Assembly: GCA_951406725.2 (NCBI GenBank)
Contig: OX597843.1
Coordinates: 20,026,001-20,090,000, forward strand
Origin: Octopus vulgaris
Taxonomy: Eukaryota
Reading direction: 5' to 3'
Length of the DNA stretch: 64,000 nucleotides
Below, piece by piece: positions 53,174 through 64,000 of the stretch (position 1 is its first letter; each line of letters begins with the position of its first letter). The translations under genes were made by a program, and so were the position numbers. The notes under the pieces were generated by a model, which was given only the letters and a program-made list of their open reading frames with translations, did no database searches and had not been told where the DNA came from.

Positions 53174-53699
53174 ACATGTCCATCCGTCTTTCCACCACTT
53201 CTTTCTGTTTCCTTTTTTGTTTCTCATCCCCGCCCCTCGTTGTCCAACAAACACCTCCTCACCAAGCAATCTTGGACGTTTCACTGGGTGAGTCGCCAAC
53301 AACCCATCCATGCAGCACTTTGTCCTGGGTCACAATGTTACTAGAAAGACTCAACGGAAAACCTGGCAGACTTTTTAACTTTTCAACTTTGTTAACTTCC
53401 AGCAGTTTGCTTTTAAAACATAATCATTATTATTTGTTTTTCGTATTCTTTTTATATATATACCGTTATTATTTTTATTTTTTAGTTTATATCATTATTT
53501 TATTACTCTGACATAATACGAAGACTCTGGTTGCTGAGAGTTTTCTTACCAAGGCCGTAATTTTGCTAACCTCTGACCCGTAGGATAGACTGAACTCTAC
53601 AGCTTCGTTAAGGCAACTACTCTAAGAAAAAGTAAATTCTGAAATAAAAGCATGAGGGTGGTGCTTGGGTGTGTGATTCACAAATTAAAGGCAAAATAC

Positions 53700-54035
53700 T
53701 TTAGGTTACTTTTTTTCTATAATTTGCAATTTCTAAAAGCTCTGAAGATGTTGGCTAAAGATTTATACAGCGGCGAGACGAAGGTATTTGCATTTTTACG
53801 AAGAAATGGACTTGTAGATAATGAATAAAATGTTGCACCATCTCATCGTTGTGGTGGAGAAATAAAGGAAGATGGAAGAAAAGGGGAAAACGGTGAAATT
53901 TTGTCATCTTTACGTTGCAAAACTCATGGCTGCCAAACTTATAGCTCTACCCGCTACGGAAATGTTTTTCTATATTATACTGATTGAATAAAAAAAAAGT
54001 CCTGTGCAATCTCTCTCTGTATCAAATTTTCGGAT
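53700..54035 (+). pseudogene. Possible Merlin/IS1016-like transposase N-terminal remnant
   Basis: HRCGGEIKE..LRCKTHGCQTYSSTRYGNVF resembles the zinc-binding N-terminus of ISXO2/Merlin transposases; the DDE core is not seen. Confidence 0.4.
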
Positions 54036-54159
54036 AACTGGTAGGGGTACCAACACAAACATTCACAGTTTCTCTTTAGACATTGAAAACTAACCTAAAG
54101 AGAAGCCTAAAGTAATTGCCCTTTAAATTGTAGATCACACACCAGAGTAGTACCAGCTC

Positions 54160-54985
54160 GAGGCCCTTGAATGTTCTTGGTCTTTCATATGACACCCCAA
54201 TGAAATCTTCTGTGGTAAAGGCGTGGGGTAGTTATGTGTCATCTATGTCCACGGGGGCCCTTGAAGTTATTGGTCTTTTCATATGACAGACCAATGAAAT
54301 CTTCTGTGCTAAAGACGTGGGGTAGCTTTGTGTCATCTATGTGACGGAGGCCCTTGAAATTCTTGGTCTTTCATATGACAGACCAATGAAATCTTCTGTG
54401 GTAAAGAAGTGGGGCAGTTCTGTGTCATCTATGTCCACGGAGACTCTTGAAGTTCTTGGATCTTTTCATATGACAGACCAATGAAATCTTCTGATGGTAA
54501 AGACGTGGGGTAGCTTCTGTGTCATCTATGACCACGGAGGTTGAAATTCTTGGTCTTTCATATGATAGACCAATGAAATCTTCTGTGGTAAAACGTGGGG
54601 TAGTTCTGTGTCATCTATGTCCACAGGACTCTTGAAGTTCTTGGTCTTTCATATGACAGACCAATGAAATCTTCTGTGCTAAAGACATGGGGTAGTTCTG
54701 TGTCATCTATGTCCACGGAGGCTCTTGCAGGTTCTTGGTCTTTCATATGACAGACCAATGAAATCTTCTGTGCTAAAGACGTGGGGTAGTTCTGTGTCAT
54801 CTATGTCCACGGAGACTCATGAAGTTCTTGGTCTTTTCATATGACAGACCAATGTTGTTCGTGGGGTAGTTCTGTGTCATCTATGTCCACGGAGGCCCTT
54901 GAAGTTCTTGGTCTTTTCATATGACAGACCAATGAAATCTTCTGTGGTAAAGACGTGGGTTAGTTCTGTGTCATCTATGTTCACT
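54160..54985. repeat. 93-94-bp tandem repeat, about 9 copies
   Basis: Unit GAGGCCCTTGAAGTTCTTGGTCTTTCATATGACAGACCAATGAAATCTTCTGTGGTAAAGACGTGGGGTAGTTCTGTGTCATCTATGTCCACG. Confidence 0.95.
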
Positions 54986-55199
54986 GAGAAATATATCTAA
55001 TTACAGGGGTACCACTTGTACATTACAAACTCTATTAGTATGTTTGGCCTTCAAATGCTCTTTGAAGTTATCGGAAATGACTTAAACAAAAGTGGTAAAT
55101 GGCAATAAGGGTTTGGGAACAAAAGATGAAAAAGCTTGGCTCAGCAAATGGCCCAGTCATCAACCTGTCACTCTGGTCAAATGGTCAACTCAAGAAGAT

Positions 55200-57150
55200 T
55201 AAACGTTCAAAGAAACTTGCTTTTTGGAATCTGTGTACTCTGGGTGGGAACAATTTTAATCGTAGACCAGAGAGATGAACTGTACTGATCGCCCAGAACT
55301 TGAAAAGACATTCATTAAAGGTAGGAACACTCCTTGAAACTTTTTAAGAGGGGATGGTCATTTCAATTGGAGTGGATTTGGCTACAATTTCTTTCAGAAA
55401 GGTTTAGCAGATGGTGAAAGAAGAGAATCTTGGCTGTTAGAAACCCTCTGGTCTCATCTTTTGAAATCCCCCCCACCGGTTCCTTAGCATCTATTTTATT
55501 ATGTCGTCCGCATCTGAAAAGGAGGAACGGAGATACTTCACTGTAATAAGTGTTATTGCACCCACAATGTCACACGCAGAAGCATCTGTTGGACAATTCT
55601 ACAACGACCCTGGAGAATTGGTAAGAAATGTGCCAGCTACTGATAAGCTAGTAATTATGGAGGACTTCAACTGAAAAGTTGAATTTGGTTTCATGACATA
55701 ACTGACCTTGTGAAGAAGAACATAACTGAAATAGTGTCTACTCTTTGTGTTTGCACTGAACATCGGCTTTTGATAGCATGCGGTTTCTTTCAGTAAAAAC
55801 CAAATATAAAACAACCTGGAATCAATCAAGTTCTAAGCACTGGCACCTTGTTGACTTTGTCTTGGTACGCAAATCCGATTTGGAAGCTGTCTGAAATGTC
55901 CGAGCTATGAAAGGAGCAGAATGATGGACAGAGCATAAGCTTGTGGGAGACAAACTTAATTTTTCAATCCAGCGCAAGATTAGAAAGGGGGGCTCTACTG
56001 TACCAAAGAGAATCAACACAGTAAACCTTCATTCCCCACTTTATCACAAAGTTTTCACGTGTCAATAAGAGATGTCTCACCTGAACAAGGAGATCCATGG
56101 AAGAATATTTCAAATTACAAATCTGCGATTCGGTTTCTTCCATTTGGGGAAAGAGATTTAAAAAAGATGCAACTTGGTTTATTGGCTTGGAAATTCCTAA
56201 TCTTCTTTATAAAAAGTAGTCACAAAGCAAGACAATTCTAAGTAAAACAAACAATTCCAGCCAGGACATGAGATACAAATCTCTTCAATTAAAAATTCGA
56301 TGTAGTCTTCAGAAAATGAAAGATAAATGGTGGCACCAAAAGGCAAGAGATGTACAAAGTGCTATTGACCATGAGGCTACAAAAGCCTTCTATTCTTTTG
56401 TATTAATAGAAGAGGTTTTTGGCCCTCGGTCAACCACTATAGCTCCAGTGAGATCTGTTGATGGCCGACAGCGCTTCACTAATGTCAATCCATACAAAAA
56501 CAATTAGTACTTCACTATTCTGATCTTCTCAATAAACAGTCGAATGGAAATATGAGAATAACTGAGGAAATCTTTAATTCTTCAGTTGTCAAAGAAATTC
56601 CTGTCCAGCCAACACAAGTCAACTCAGGAATTTAGGGGTTTAGTGGGGGAAAGGATTATCAAACTATTTCGTTTCTTACTGGAGGAAAGAGGGGGTACTT
56701 TAAACACTGGATTGATTCTATTCTCATTTCTTGATATAAATCTCGTTCCATGGACGTGTGTGGAAATGTCCACAGAATATTCTTGTTGTCTGTTGTTGGA
56801 AAGGTACTTCGTTAATGTTACCTAAGAGCGCCTTCATAAATTTATCATCCCAAGAGCTGCACCGGAGTCACAATGCAGCGTATGTGCTTCATGAGGGACA
56901 ATTGATATGATCTTCCCTGCCTGGCAGCTGCCAGGAAAGGGCAATGAACAAAACATGAGGTTCTACCATTGTTTTGTGGATCTTCAGAATGTTTTCGACC
57001 GTGGCCGGTACCGAAGGAACTTAACTGTCCAGATTAGTTTGTGAATATAATTAGGGCTCTGTATATGGATATGAAAGCCCAAGTTAAATTTGGTGGATCC
57101 ATAGCAGAAGCATTTCCATTTGAAAACAGAGTTAAGCAAGGGGATCTTGA
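55200..57150 (+). mobile_element. Degenerate RTE-clade LINE (APE + RT start)
   Basis: FWNLCTL..RPER, TVISVIAPT, DKLVIMEDFN, KHWHLVDFVLVR, ESQC..GTIDMIF..FVDLQNVFD. Confidence 0.8.
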
Positions 57151-57214
57151 AGCACCAAAATTCTTCTCCAAATATTTTGCAACCACGCTCTAAAATGCAT
57201 TTACAACTTCTAAA

Positions 57215-57660
57215 GACAGCATCTTTATGCAATAGTAAAGAAGCGGTTTATGGAGCTGAAATCATTTCTGGGGGTAATTTTTACATTTATATTGGTTCTT
57301 CTGCTAATGATATTAACAAACAAGGTTTCAAACCATTACCTTTCTTTTAGGATCAGAAATAAGGCTTCTTCTATTAGTCTTAGTAATTTCATCTGGAATC
57401 TTTAAGATCGTAATAATTTGTTCTTTATTGAATGGAACATTTTAGGGACGGCTCCGGCCTATAAGACTGCCAATCGGTTCTGTTCGTTGTGTTTTGAAGA
57501 ATTGTTTTTGATTTTATTTTCTAGAAGAAAGCTATTACACTCAAAATCGGAAAGAGGATTTTTAGTGTTCATAGGAATGAATGTGTTTAAACATTTTTAC
57601 ATAAACAGGTATTTTAAGGATGTTTCATTTTGTTTAATTTGATAAACCGATTATTGAGAG
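57215..57660 (+). pseudogene. GIY-YIG endonuclease remnant of a third PLE family
   Basis: AVYGAEI..YIYIGSS, LSNFIW, IEWNILG..RFCSLCFEELFLIL; followed by a T-rich tail and (TA)n. Confidence 0.75.
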
Positions 57661-57922
57661 TTTGATAATCATAGTTTCATCCCTTCTATTTACTATTTAA
57701 GTTGGTTCTTCTCTCATTTGTTTTTGGATTTCTACGTTGCCATTATTTTAGGTTAGGTTTTTCAAAGGTAAACTCCTTCCATTGTTATTTTTTAGATTTA
57801 GATATATTTATTCTAGATTAATAAATCAATATAAGTATTCATAAGATAAAATGTTCTTAATTTATTTCTTACTCCTATGATTTGAATAATTTTAGCTTTA
57901 AAAATTGTTATGAATTTTATAG

Positions 57923-58006
<84 letters not shown>

Positions 58007-58055
58007 ATATGTATGTACATATATATATATATGTATATATATATATGTGTGTGTG

Positions 58056-58104
<49 letters not shown>

Positions 58105-58310
58105 GTGAAATAGAAAGATGAATAATCTTGTAGTAGATTAATCAAAAGTTTAACCGATACCTTAGTAGCAAAAATCACAGCAGTAAACAGCACGGTTGGA
58201 GGTACAACCATATGGTGTTGCAACCGTGCGTTGGTGCGGATAATTGAAATTAAAATATTATTGGTGAATTGAAGAAATGGAGCTGAACGCAGATTGAACA
58301 GAAATCGTTT

Positions 58311-58404
58311 TATTTCATTCTACACGTGTTTCGAAAGGCACAATTTACCAAAATCCGATTGAATAATGGGACCATATTGTGTCTTTCTCTTCAGGAAGAA
58401 AATA
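58311..58404 (-). ncRNA. Type I hammerhead ribozyme motif (inverted pLTR copy)
   Basis: Reverse complement of 62021-62114. Confidence 0.85.
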
Positions 58405-59062
58405 GGAAATCCGTTGGAAAAAACAAAAACAGAACAGAGGCGGAGCAAAAACAAATCGAACTAGGCTCCTAAAAGCCAATGGCGAAACTGTTTATCAGTG
58501 TATGTTGAGAACCGGTGGCTGAAGAATTTAACGGGTCAAGCATCGGTCAATCATGTGGGTGAGGGTGTGTAGATGTTCTTTGTGACCGAGAATAAAGTTC
58601 TGACTATTTAAGGAATATTGGATGTTTTATAAGGGGCGAGAAAAAATCTACTTAGAGACGTGTGTGTGTGTATACTGTTCTATATATGTGTGTGTTGGCG
58701 TAGGGGTAGAAAACATTTTTTGTGTACGTGTGTGCGTTTGATCGTTCGGCTGTCAGTGGCTACTGCAGTGAGAACCGTTGGGTGGCAGAAAAAAATATAT
58801 ATATATTATGTTTTATGTGTTTGTGTGTTCATCTAAGCCTGCCTTGTCAAGGAAACCCCCCGTTGTGAAAAAAACCAAGCCCCGTTTATCTTACAGGAGT
58901 AATTCCCCTTGCAGTGGTTAATCGTAGATATCTTAAAGGCTATTTCAGAATTTGTTACCAAGGGCTATGGGTGCCGGTATTATTTATAAACGCTATTTAA
59001 AAGCCAGATAAGTGTAACGCCGCCAATGGGGGCATCGAAAAGCCGACTGTAAAAGCCCGTTT

Positions 59063-61434
59063 AAAATTACCAAGGACATTAATAGAACGGACGGAGTCCT
59101 GGTCCAGTCCGACAAGACCAGGAACACATACAAGCTGCCCATTAAGCAGTACCTAGATTTACTCGGTAAAGAGATCAAGAAAAATTATAGAAAAACCAAT
59201 TGGAGTACCCTGAGGAAGGTAAACTTGGAAATTAAGGAAATAATATTTAAACACCGAATTCAAATGAGAACTCAGCCGCTTAGCCCTAAGCAACCCAGAT
59301 TTATAGTGAAGGACCATAAACCGAACTTCCACACCAACCCAGCGCTAAGACTCATATGCCCTGCTAGATCTGATATCGGGATAATCAGTAAGTACATTTT
59401 AGATAAATATATCCCTAGTTTAGTAAACAAGCTGAAGCTCAGCCTCTGGGCCAACTCCTCGCAGGTAGTGAAGTGGTTCTCTTCCATCCCCAATAAGAAC
59501 CGTACTAGGTTCATTCAGTTTGATATCGCCAGCTTCTACCCCTCGATTAACCCTAGTGTGCTAAATAAGGCCCTCTGGCATGCCCACAACAAGGCTGGCC
59601 TCACCAGAGAAGAGATAGATATCATTTTAGTTGCCAGGAAATCGTTTATTAAGTTTGATAATAAGTTGTGGATCCGTAAAGATACACCCAATGAATTTGG
59701 TGTGCCTATGGGTAGTTCGGATAGTGCGCAGATAGCCGATTTGGTCGGAATATATATTCTATACGAATTGTCCGACCAATTCCCGGAGATCGCGGGCGGC
59801 CTGTATCGTGACGATTGTCTGTTTTACCTGCAAAACACCACGAACAGAATAGTGCAGAAAACTAAGAGCAGGTTAGCTAGGTTTTTTAATAGAATGGGCA
59901 TGAGTATAGTTTTTGATAATGAACTCACCAAGGCTAATTTCCTAGACGTTACACTTAACCTTAATAGCGACTCATACTGCCCTTACCATAAGCCTTCCAC
60001 TAATTTGAAGTATGTCAGTGTCTTCTCAAATCATGCCAAAACCGTAACAGACAATTTGGTTAAAAACATATCTCTAAGATTGTCTGGCTTCTCCGCCAGT
60101 GCCGATATTTTTATGCAGAAAGCGGAATTTTATAACGCCGCACTATCCAAGGCCGGTTATAGGCAGAAGGTAATTTATATTGATCCGGCCCTTCCGATGC
60201 CATCATTCGGTCATCAGGATAGGGCCGTATATAATAACAGTAACAATTTAAGTAAGGACGGGAGCGCGGCGGATGCCGGGGTAGTCGCTCCCGCATTTAA
60301 TTTAGCGAACAAGGATAATTATCGGTCCGGGAGGTCTTACACTAACCCAAGACCCGTTATTCATCCGAGAATCACCCACCCGAATGCGAGAGCTGGCGTC
60401 CCGACCCATCACACTGATAGGAATAAGCATATATGGTTTGTAATCCCCTTTGGTAAGCAGATTAGAACTAACCTCCCCTCATGTTTAGACAAGCCATCGC
60501 CAATAACTTCCCCAGAAATTCCAAATATTACTCCACGGTTAACTCGCATAAAGTTAGGATAGCTTTCTCCAACACTAAAAACCTCGCCCAGATAATCGCC
60601 TCCCATAATAATAGGATACTTACTAAGACCCTATCACCTTTTTCCGGAGGCACAGCCTCTTCCGCTCCCGGTTTAATGCTCAGTAGGAATAATTATAGTA
60701 GTAATAATGGTATGAGAGCCAGTACAGTGACACATAAACTCAGCTCCAGCCAGGGAGTACCCACTAGGGGTATAGTTATAAATAGGGGTGTTGTGGTTGA
60801 CGGTAACAATGGGAGTAGGGTAGAGAGCCCCAATAGCATCCCCAGCATCATTTCCCGCAATAGCAGCACCACGGGCACTAGCAATGACAGCACTCTGATA
60901 GATAGTGGAGAATCAGGGGTTATTCCTATAGTTAATAGTGACGTAGTGGAAAATAGAGTAGTAAGCGGCTGCAGGTCTCGGAACGAATATAGTGACAGGA
61001 ACGCAGTTCTAATTTCAGAAACTAATCCTAGCAGAATAAGATTCACGTCGGCGAACTCCAAGACCAAAAACGCCGTCTACCAATGCAAGGTTTACACGGA
61101 CTCAGATGTCTTCACATATGTAGGGGTCTCATCCTCAAGATTGTCTTTGCGAGTCTCCAACCATTACGCAACTTTTCGGGACATGAACAAGCGCAAGACC
61201 ACGGGACTCAGTAAGCTAATATGGCGACTGAAGGATACGAACTTAAGCTACAGGCTGGAATGGTCAATTTTGTCGGTGGCCCTCCCATTTGATAGGGGCA
61301 GAAGGCAGTGCAACCTTTGTGTCTCCGAACTCTTCCATATTTTGTTTGCCAGAGGCCGGATGGTAAACGGGCTTTTACAGTCGGCTTTTCGATGCCCCCA
61401 TTGGCGGCGTTACACTTATCTGGCTTTTAAATAG
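59063..61434 (+). CDS. PLE reverse transcriptase + GIY-YIG endonuclease (5'-truncated, one frameshift near 60478)
   Basis: Frame open from the inversion junction: VLVQSDKTRN, KDHKP..LRLICP, FIQFDIASFYPSI, GVPMGS, GLYRDD, NFLDVTL, YHKPS. Second frame gives AVYQCK..YVGVS..RVSNHY..CNLCVSE. Confidence 0.93.
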
Positions 61435-62020
61435 CGTTTATAAATAATACCGGCACCCATAGCCCTTGGTAACAAATTCTGAAATAGCCTTTAAGATATC
61501 TACGATTAACCACTGCAAGGGGAATTACTCCTGTAAGATAAACGGGGCTTGGTTTTTTCACAGCGGGGGGTTTCCTTGACAAGGCAGGCTTAGATGAACA
61601 CACAAACACATAAAACATAATATATATTTTTTTTTTCTGCCACCCAACGGTTCTCACTGCAGTAGCCACTGACAGCCGAACGATCAAACGCACACACGTA
61701 CACAAAAAATGTTTTCTACCCCTACGCCAACACACACATATATAGAACAGTATACACACACACACGTCTCTAAGTAGATTTTTTCTCGCCCCTTATAAAA
61801 CATCCAATATTCCTTAAATAGTCAGAACTTTATTCTCGGTCACAAAGAACATCTACACACCCTCACCCACATGATTGACCGATGCTTGACCCGTTAAATT
61901 CTTCAGCCACCGGTTCTCAACATACACTGATAAACAGTTTCGCCATTGGCTTTTAGGAGCCTAGTTCGATTTGTTTTTGCTCCGCCTCTGTTCTGTTTTT
62001 GTTTTTTCCAACGGATTTCC

Positions 62021-62114
62021 TATTTTCTTCCTGAAGAGAAAGACACAATATGGTCCCATTATTCAATCGGATTTTGGTAAATTGTGCCTTTCGAAACACG
62101 TGTAGAATGAAATA
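62021..62114 (+). ncRNA. Type I hammerhead ribozyme motif
   Basis: TATTTTCTTC-CTGAAGA(62031)-GAAAGACACAAT...ATTGTGCCTTTC-GAAA(62093)-CACGTG-TA-GAATGAAATA; palindromic stem III ACACGTGT; GUA site at 62102-62104. Confidence 0.85.
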
Positions 62115-62163
62115 AAACGATTTCTGTTCAATCTGCGTTCAGCTCCATTTCTCTTCAATTCAC

Positions 62164-62251
<88 letters not shown>

Positions 62252-62330
62252 TACATTCATATATATATATATATATGTTAATGTTTGGAGTGTCTGTATG
62301 TATATGTATGTGTGTGTATGTGTATGTATG

Positions 62331-62374
<44 letters not shown>

Positions 62375-62377
<3 letters not shown>

Positions 62378-63369
62378 GGATGAATGAATTATCCCTTGTT
62401 TACCGTTGACATGGAAAATTCAATATACAGTTACCAGGGTAGCAAAATTCACGCAAGTAACACGGATGAAGCGACCTATTCAACGGTACAAACTCTGGGT
62501 TAATGTGCAGTAGTTTGTGTAGAATAAGTAAATAAAATGGAGTTGAACGCAGATATTATTCACATTCTTTTACTTTCGACATATGTTTCGAAGAACATTG
62601 GTTTTATTCCAAAGGAATAAACGGTGTAAAATGCAATCTTCTCATCAGGAAAGAAAGAGAGCCTATCTCAACAACAAGACATTATAACATTACGATGACT
62701 GCCTAAATGATAAACAGAACGTTATTAAGTATTTTTTTAAAACTGTTAGTAGATCCGACAGCAAAGGCAGATACTAGAAAGAGAAGGGTTGAAGAAATAA
62801 TAAGTCGAGAACAAATAAAGAGGGATGCGTTGGTTGAAAAAATGTTCAAAGCCTTAGACGTAGATTTGTCTGTTGAAGTAAAAGTGCAAGTTAAACTAAC
62901 TGTTCAAACTATAAAAAATGGCAAAATCACTTATATGAGTAAAACGTATGTTTCTGCCAGTGTTTACATTTGTAAGATCGCTCTATAAGTGTGTTACTAA
63001 GGTGATTCTTAGAGAAGTGAATATGGAAGAGTTCAGAGTTGCAAATATTACAAAATCCCTTGCCCTTATCGTAAGGAAAAGCTATGGACAGGATGAACCA
63101 ATCTAACTTAAAATCTTTATTGTTGTCTTTAAGATGCCAAACCAATTTACTTAGCCCTGTATTATGGCGTTTTCTGCAATCCCTAAATGATGAATAATGA
63201 TTCGAAATTCTCTTAGATAACTGGGAAGAGGATGCGCCAATGTAGAAGTAGACATCGGTACCGCAAGAAATTTTACACTGGTATATAGAATTCTTGATCT
63301 TAGAATTATTAGACATAAATTCACTTCTGTTGGGGTTGTTCTCAGAAATCGAATCTAAGTTTTTATTGC

Positions 63370-63408
<39 letters not shown>

Positions 63409-63464
63409 CATTATTATCATTATTATTATTATTATTATTATTATTAATACTATTATTATTATTA

Positions 63465-63535
<71 letters not shown>

Positions 63536-63552
63536 GTTATTATTATTATTAT
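62375..63552 (-). mobile_element. 5'-truncated PLE, same family as 30506-32380
   Basis: GIY-YIG ORF 62927-63316 (SIYQCK..FYIGA..KRISNHY..CNICNSEL), (AAT)n linker, HHR, and 3' tail homologous to 32205-32380. Confidence 0.9.
62565..62660 (-). ncRNA. Type I hammerhead ribozyme motif
   Basis: CTTTC-CTGATGA-GAAGA...TCTTC-GAAA-CATATG-TC-GAAAG; stem I fully paired; GUC site. Confidence 0.88.
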
Positions 63553-64000
63553 TCAGTAGTTTTATTTTTATAGCGTGCTTTCACTTCACTACTGAGCGCA
63601 GCTCTGTGTGCCTTGGGTATGTGCTGTGATTTGTTGTGATGCTCTGATGGTTATTGTATGGAAAGTGTGCGTAGGATGTGTGCAGTGCCTAGTAGTGCAA
63701 TTTTCTGTATGTTATATGTGTTTGTAAGTCCTGGTGTTTTTGTTATGTATTTGTCTGAATATGTTTTTATCATGCCTAATGCACCTACTATGATAGGAAT
63801 TGTTTCTGTTTTTAGATTCCATATTTTGGTTACATCTATTTCCAGGTCTTTGTATTTTGAAAGTTTCTCCATTTCTTTTAGAGACACGTTGTCATCTGCC
63901 GGTATTGATACATCAATTAGAAAGCATTTTTTCTTCATGATCTCTGAGAACTATATCTGGTCTGTTGGCCTTAATTTCTCTATCTGTGTGTATCGGCATA
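63553..64000 (-). mobile_element. R4/Dong-type LINE family B 3' end (runs off the window)
   Basis: RPDIV..LIDVSIPADDNV..KLSKYKDL..IPIIVGALG; 3' UTR nearly the same as 15855-15950. Confidence 0.9.

Larger units (their letters stand above)
58101..62170 (+). mobile_element. Penelope-like element with inverted pseudo-LTRs
   Basis: 58258-59063 is the reverse complement of 61364-62170 with few differences; RT-GIY-YIG ORF between; (TA)n on both sides. Confidence 0.95.

Noticed and set aside
54160-54985. CRISPR-like array
   Set aside because: Whole units repeat with no unique spacers; eukaryotic context and no cas genes.
58993-59178. Minus-strand ORF ending in the same peptide as the PLE ORF
   Set aside because: By-product of the inverted repeat copying the last codons of the endonuclease.

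Overview
Eukaryotic, AT-rich, repeat-dominated window with no host gene that I can recognise. The SINE families and extreme (TA)n/(CA)n/(ATT)n/(GATA)n content suggest a cephalopod, probably Octopus (inference). Almost all ORFs in the track are translations of microsatellites. The real coding remnants are mobile elements: Penelope-like elements (PLEs; RT + C-terminal GIY-YIG), R4/Dong-type RLE LINEs in (TAA)n tracts, Tx1/L1, RTE and CR1-group LINEs, mariner/Tc1, hAT and possibly Merlin and Helitron remnants, plus many tRNA-derived SINEs. The most notable structure is a set of hammerhead-ribozyme (HHR) motifs. (i) A young, near-intact PLE at 58.1-62.2 kb has about 800-bp inverted terminal repeats, each carrying a type I HHR with a long stem II and a palindromic stem III. 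(ii) Two copies of a related PLE family (30.5-32.4 kb, 62.4-63.55 kb) carry covarying HHRs and an (AAT)n poly-Asn linker, into which a Dong-type LINE appears inserted. (iii) A non-coding element of about 5 kb (6.06-11.18 kb), built from scrambled CA/TA microsatellite, has a roughly 2-kb inverted repeat and a terminal HHR, and is a candidate retrozyme-like non-autonomous element. Under the insertions lies an old collinear tandem duplication (about 2.9-28.6 kb vs 34.3-45.4 kb). All coordinates and identities were read by eye and are approximate.
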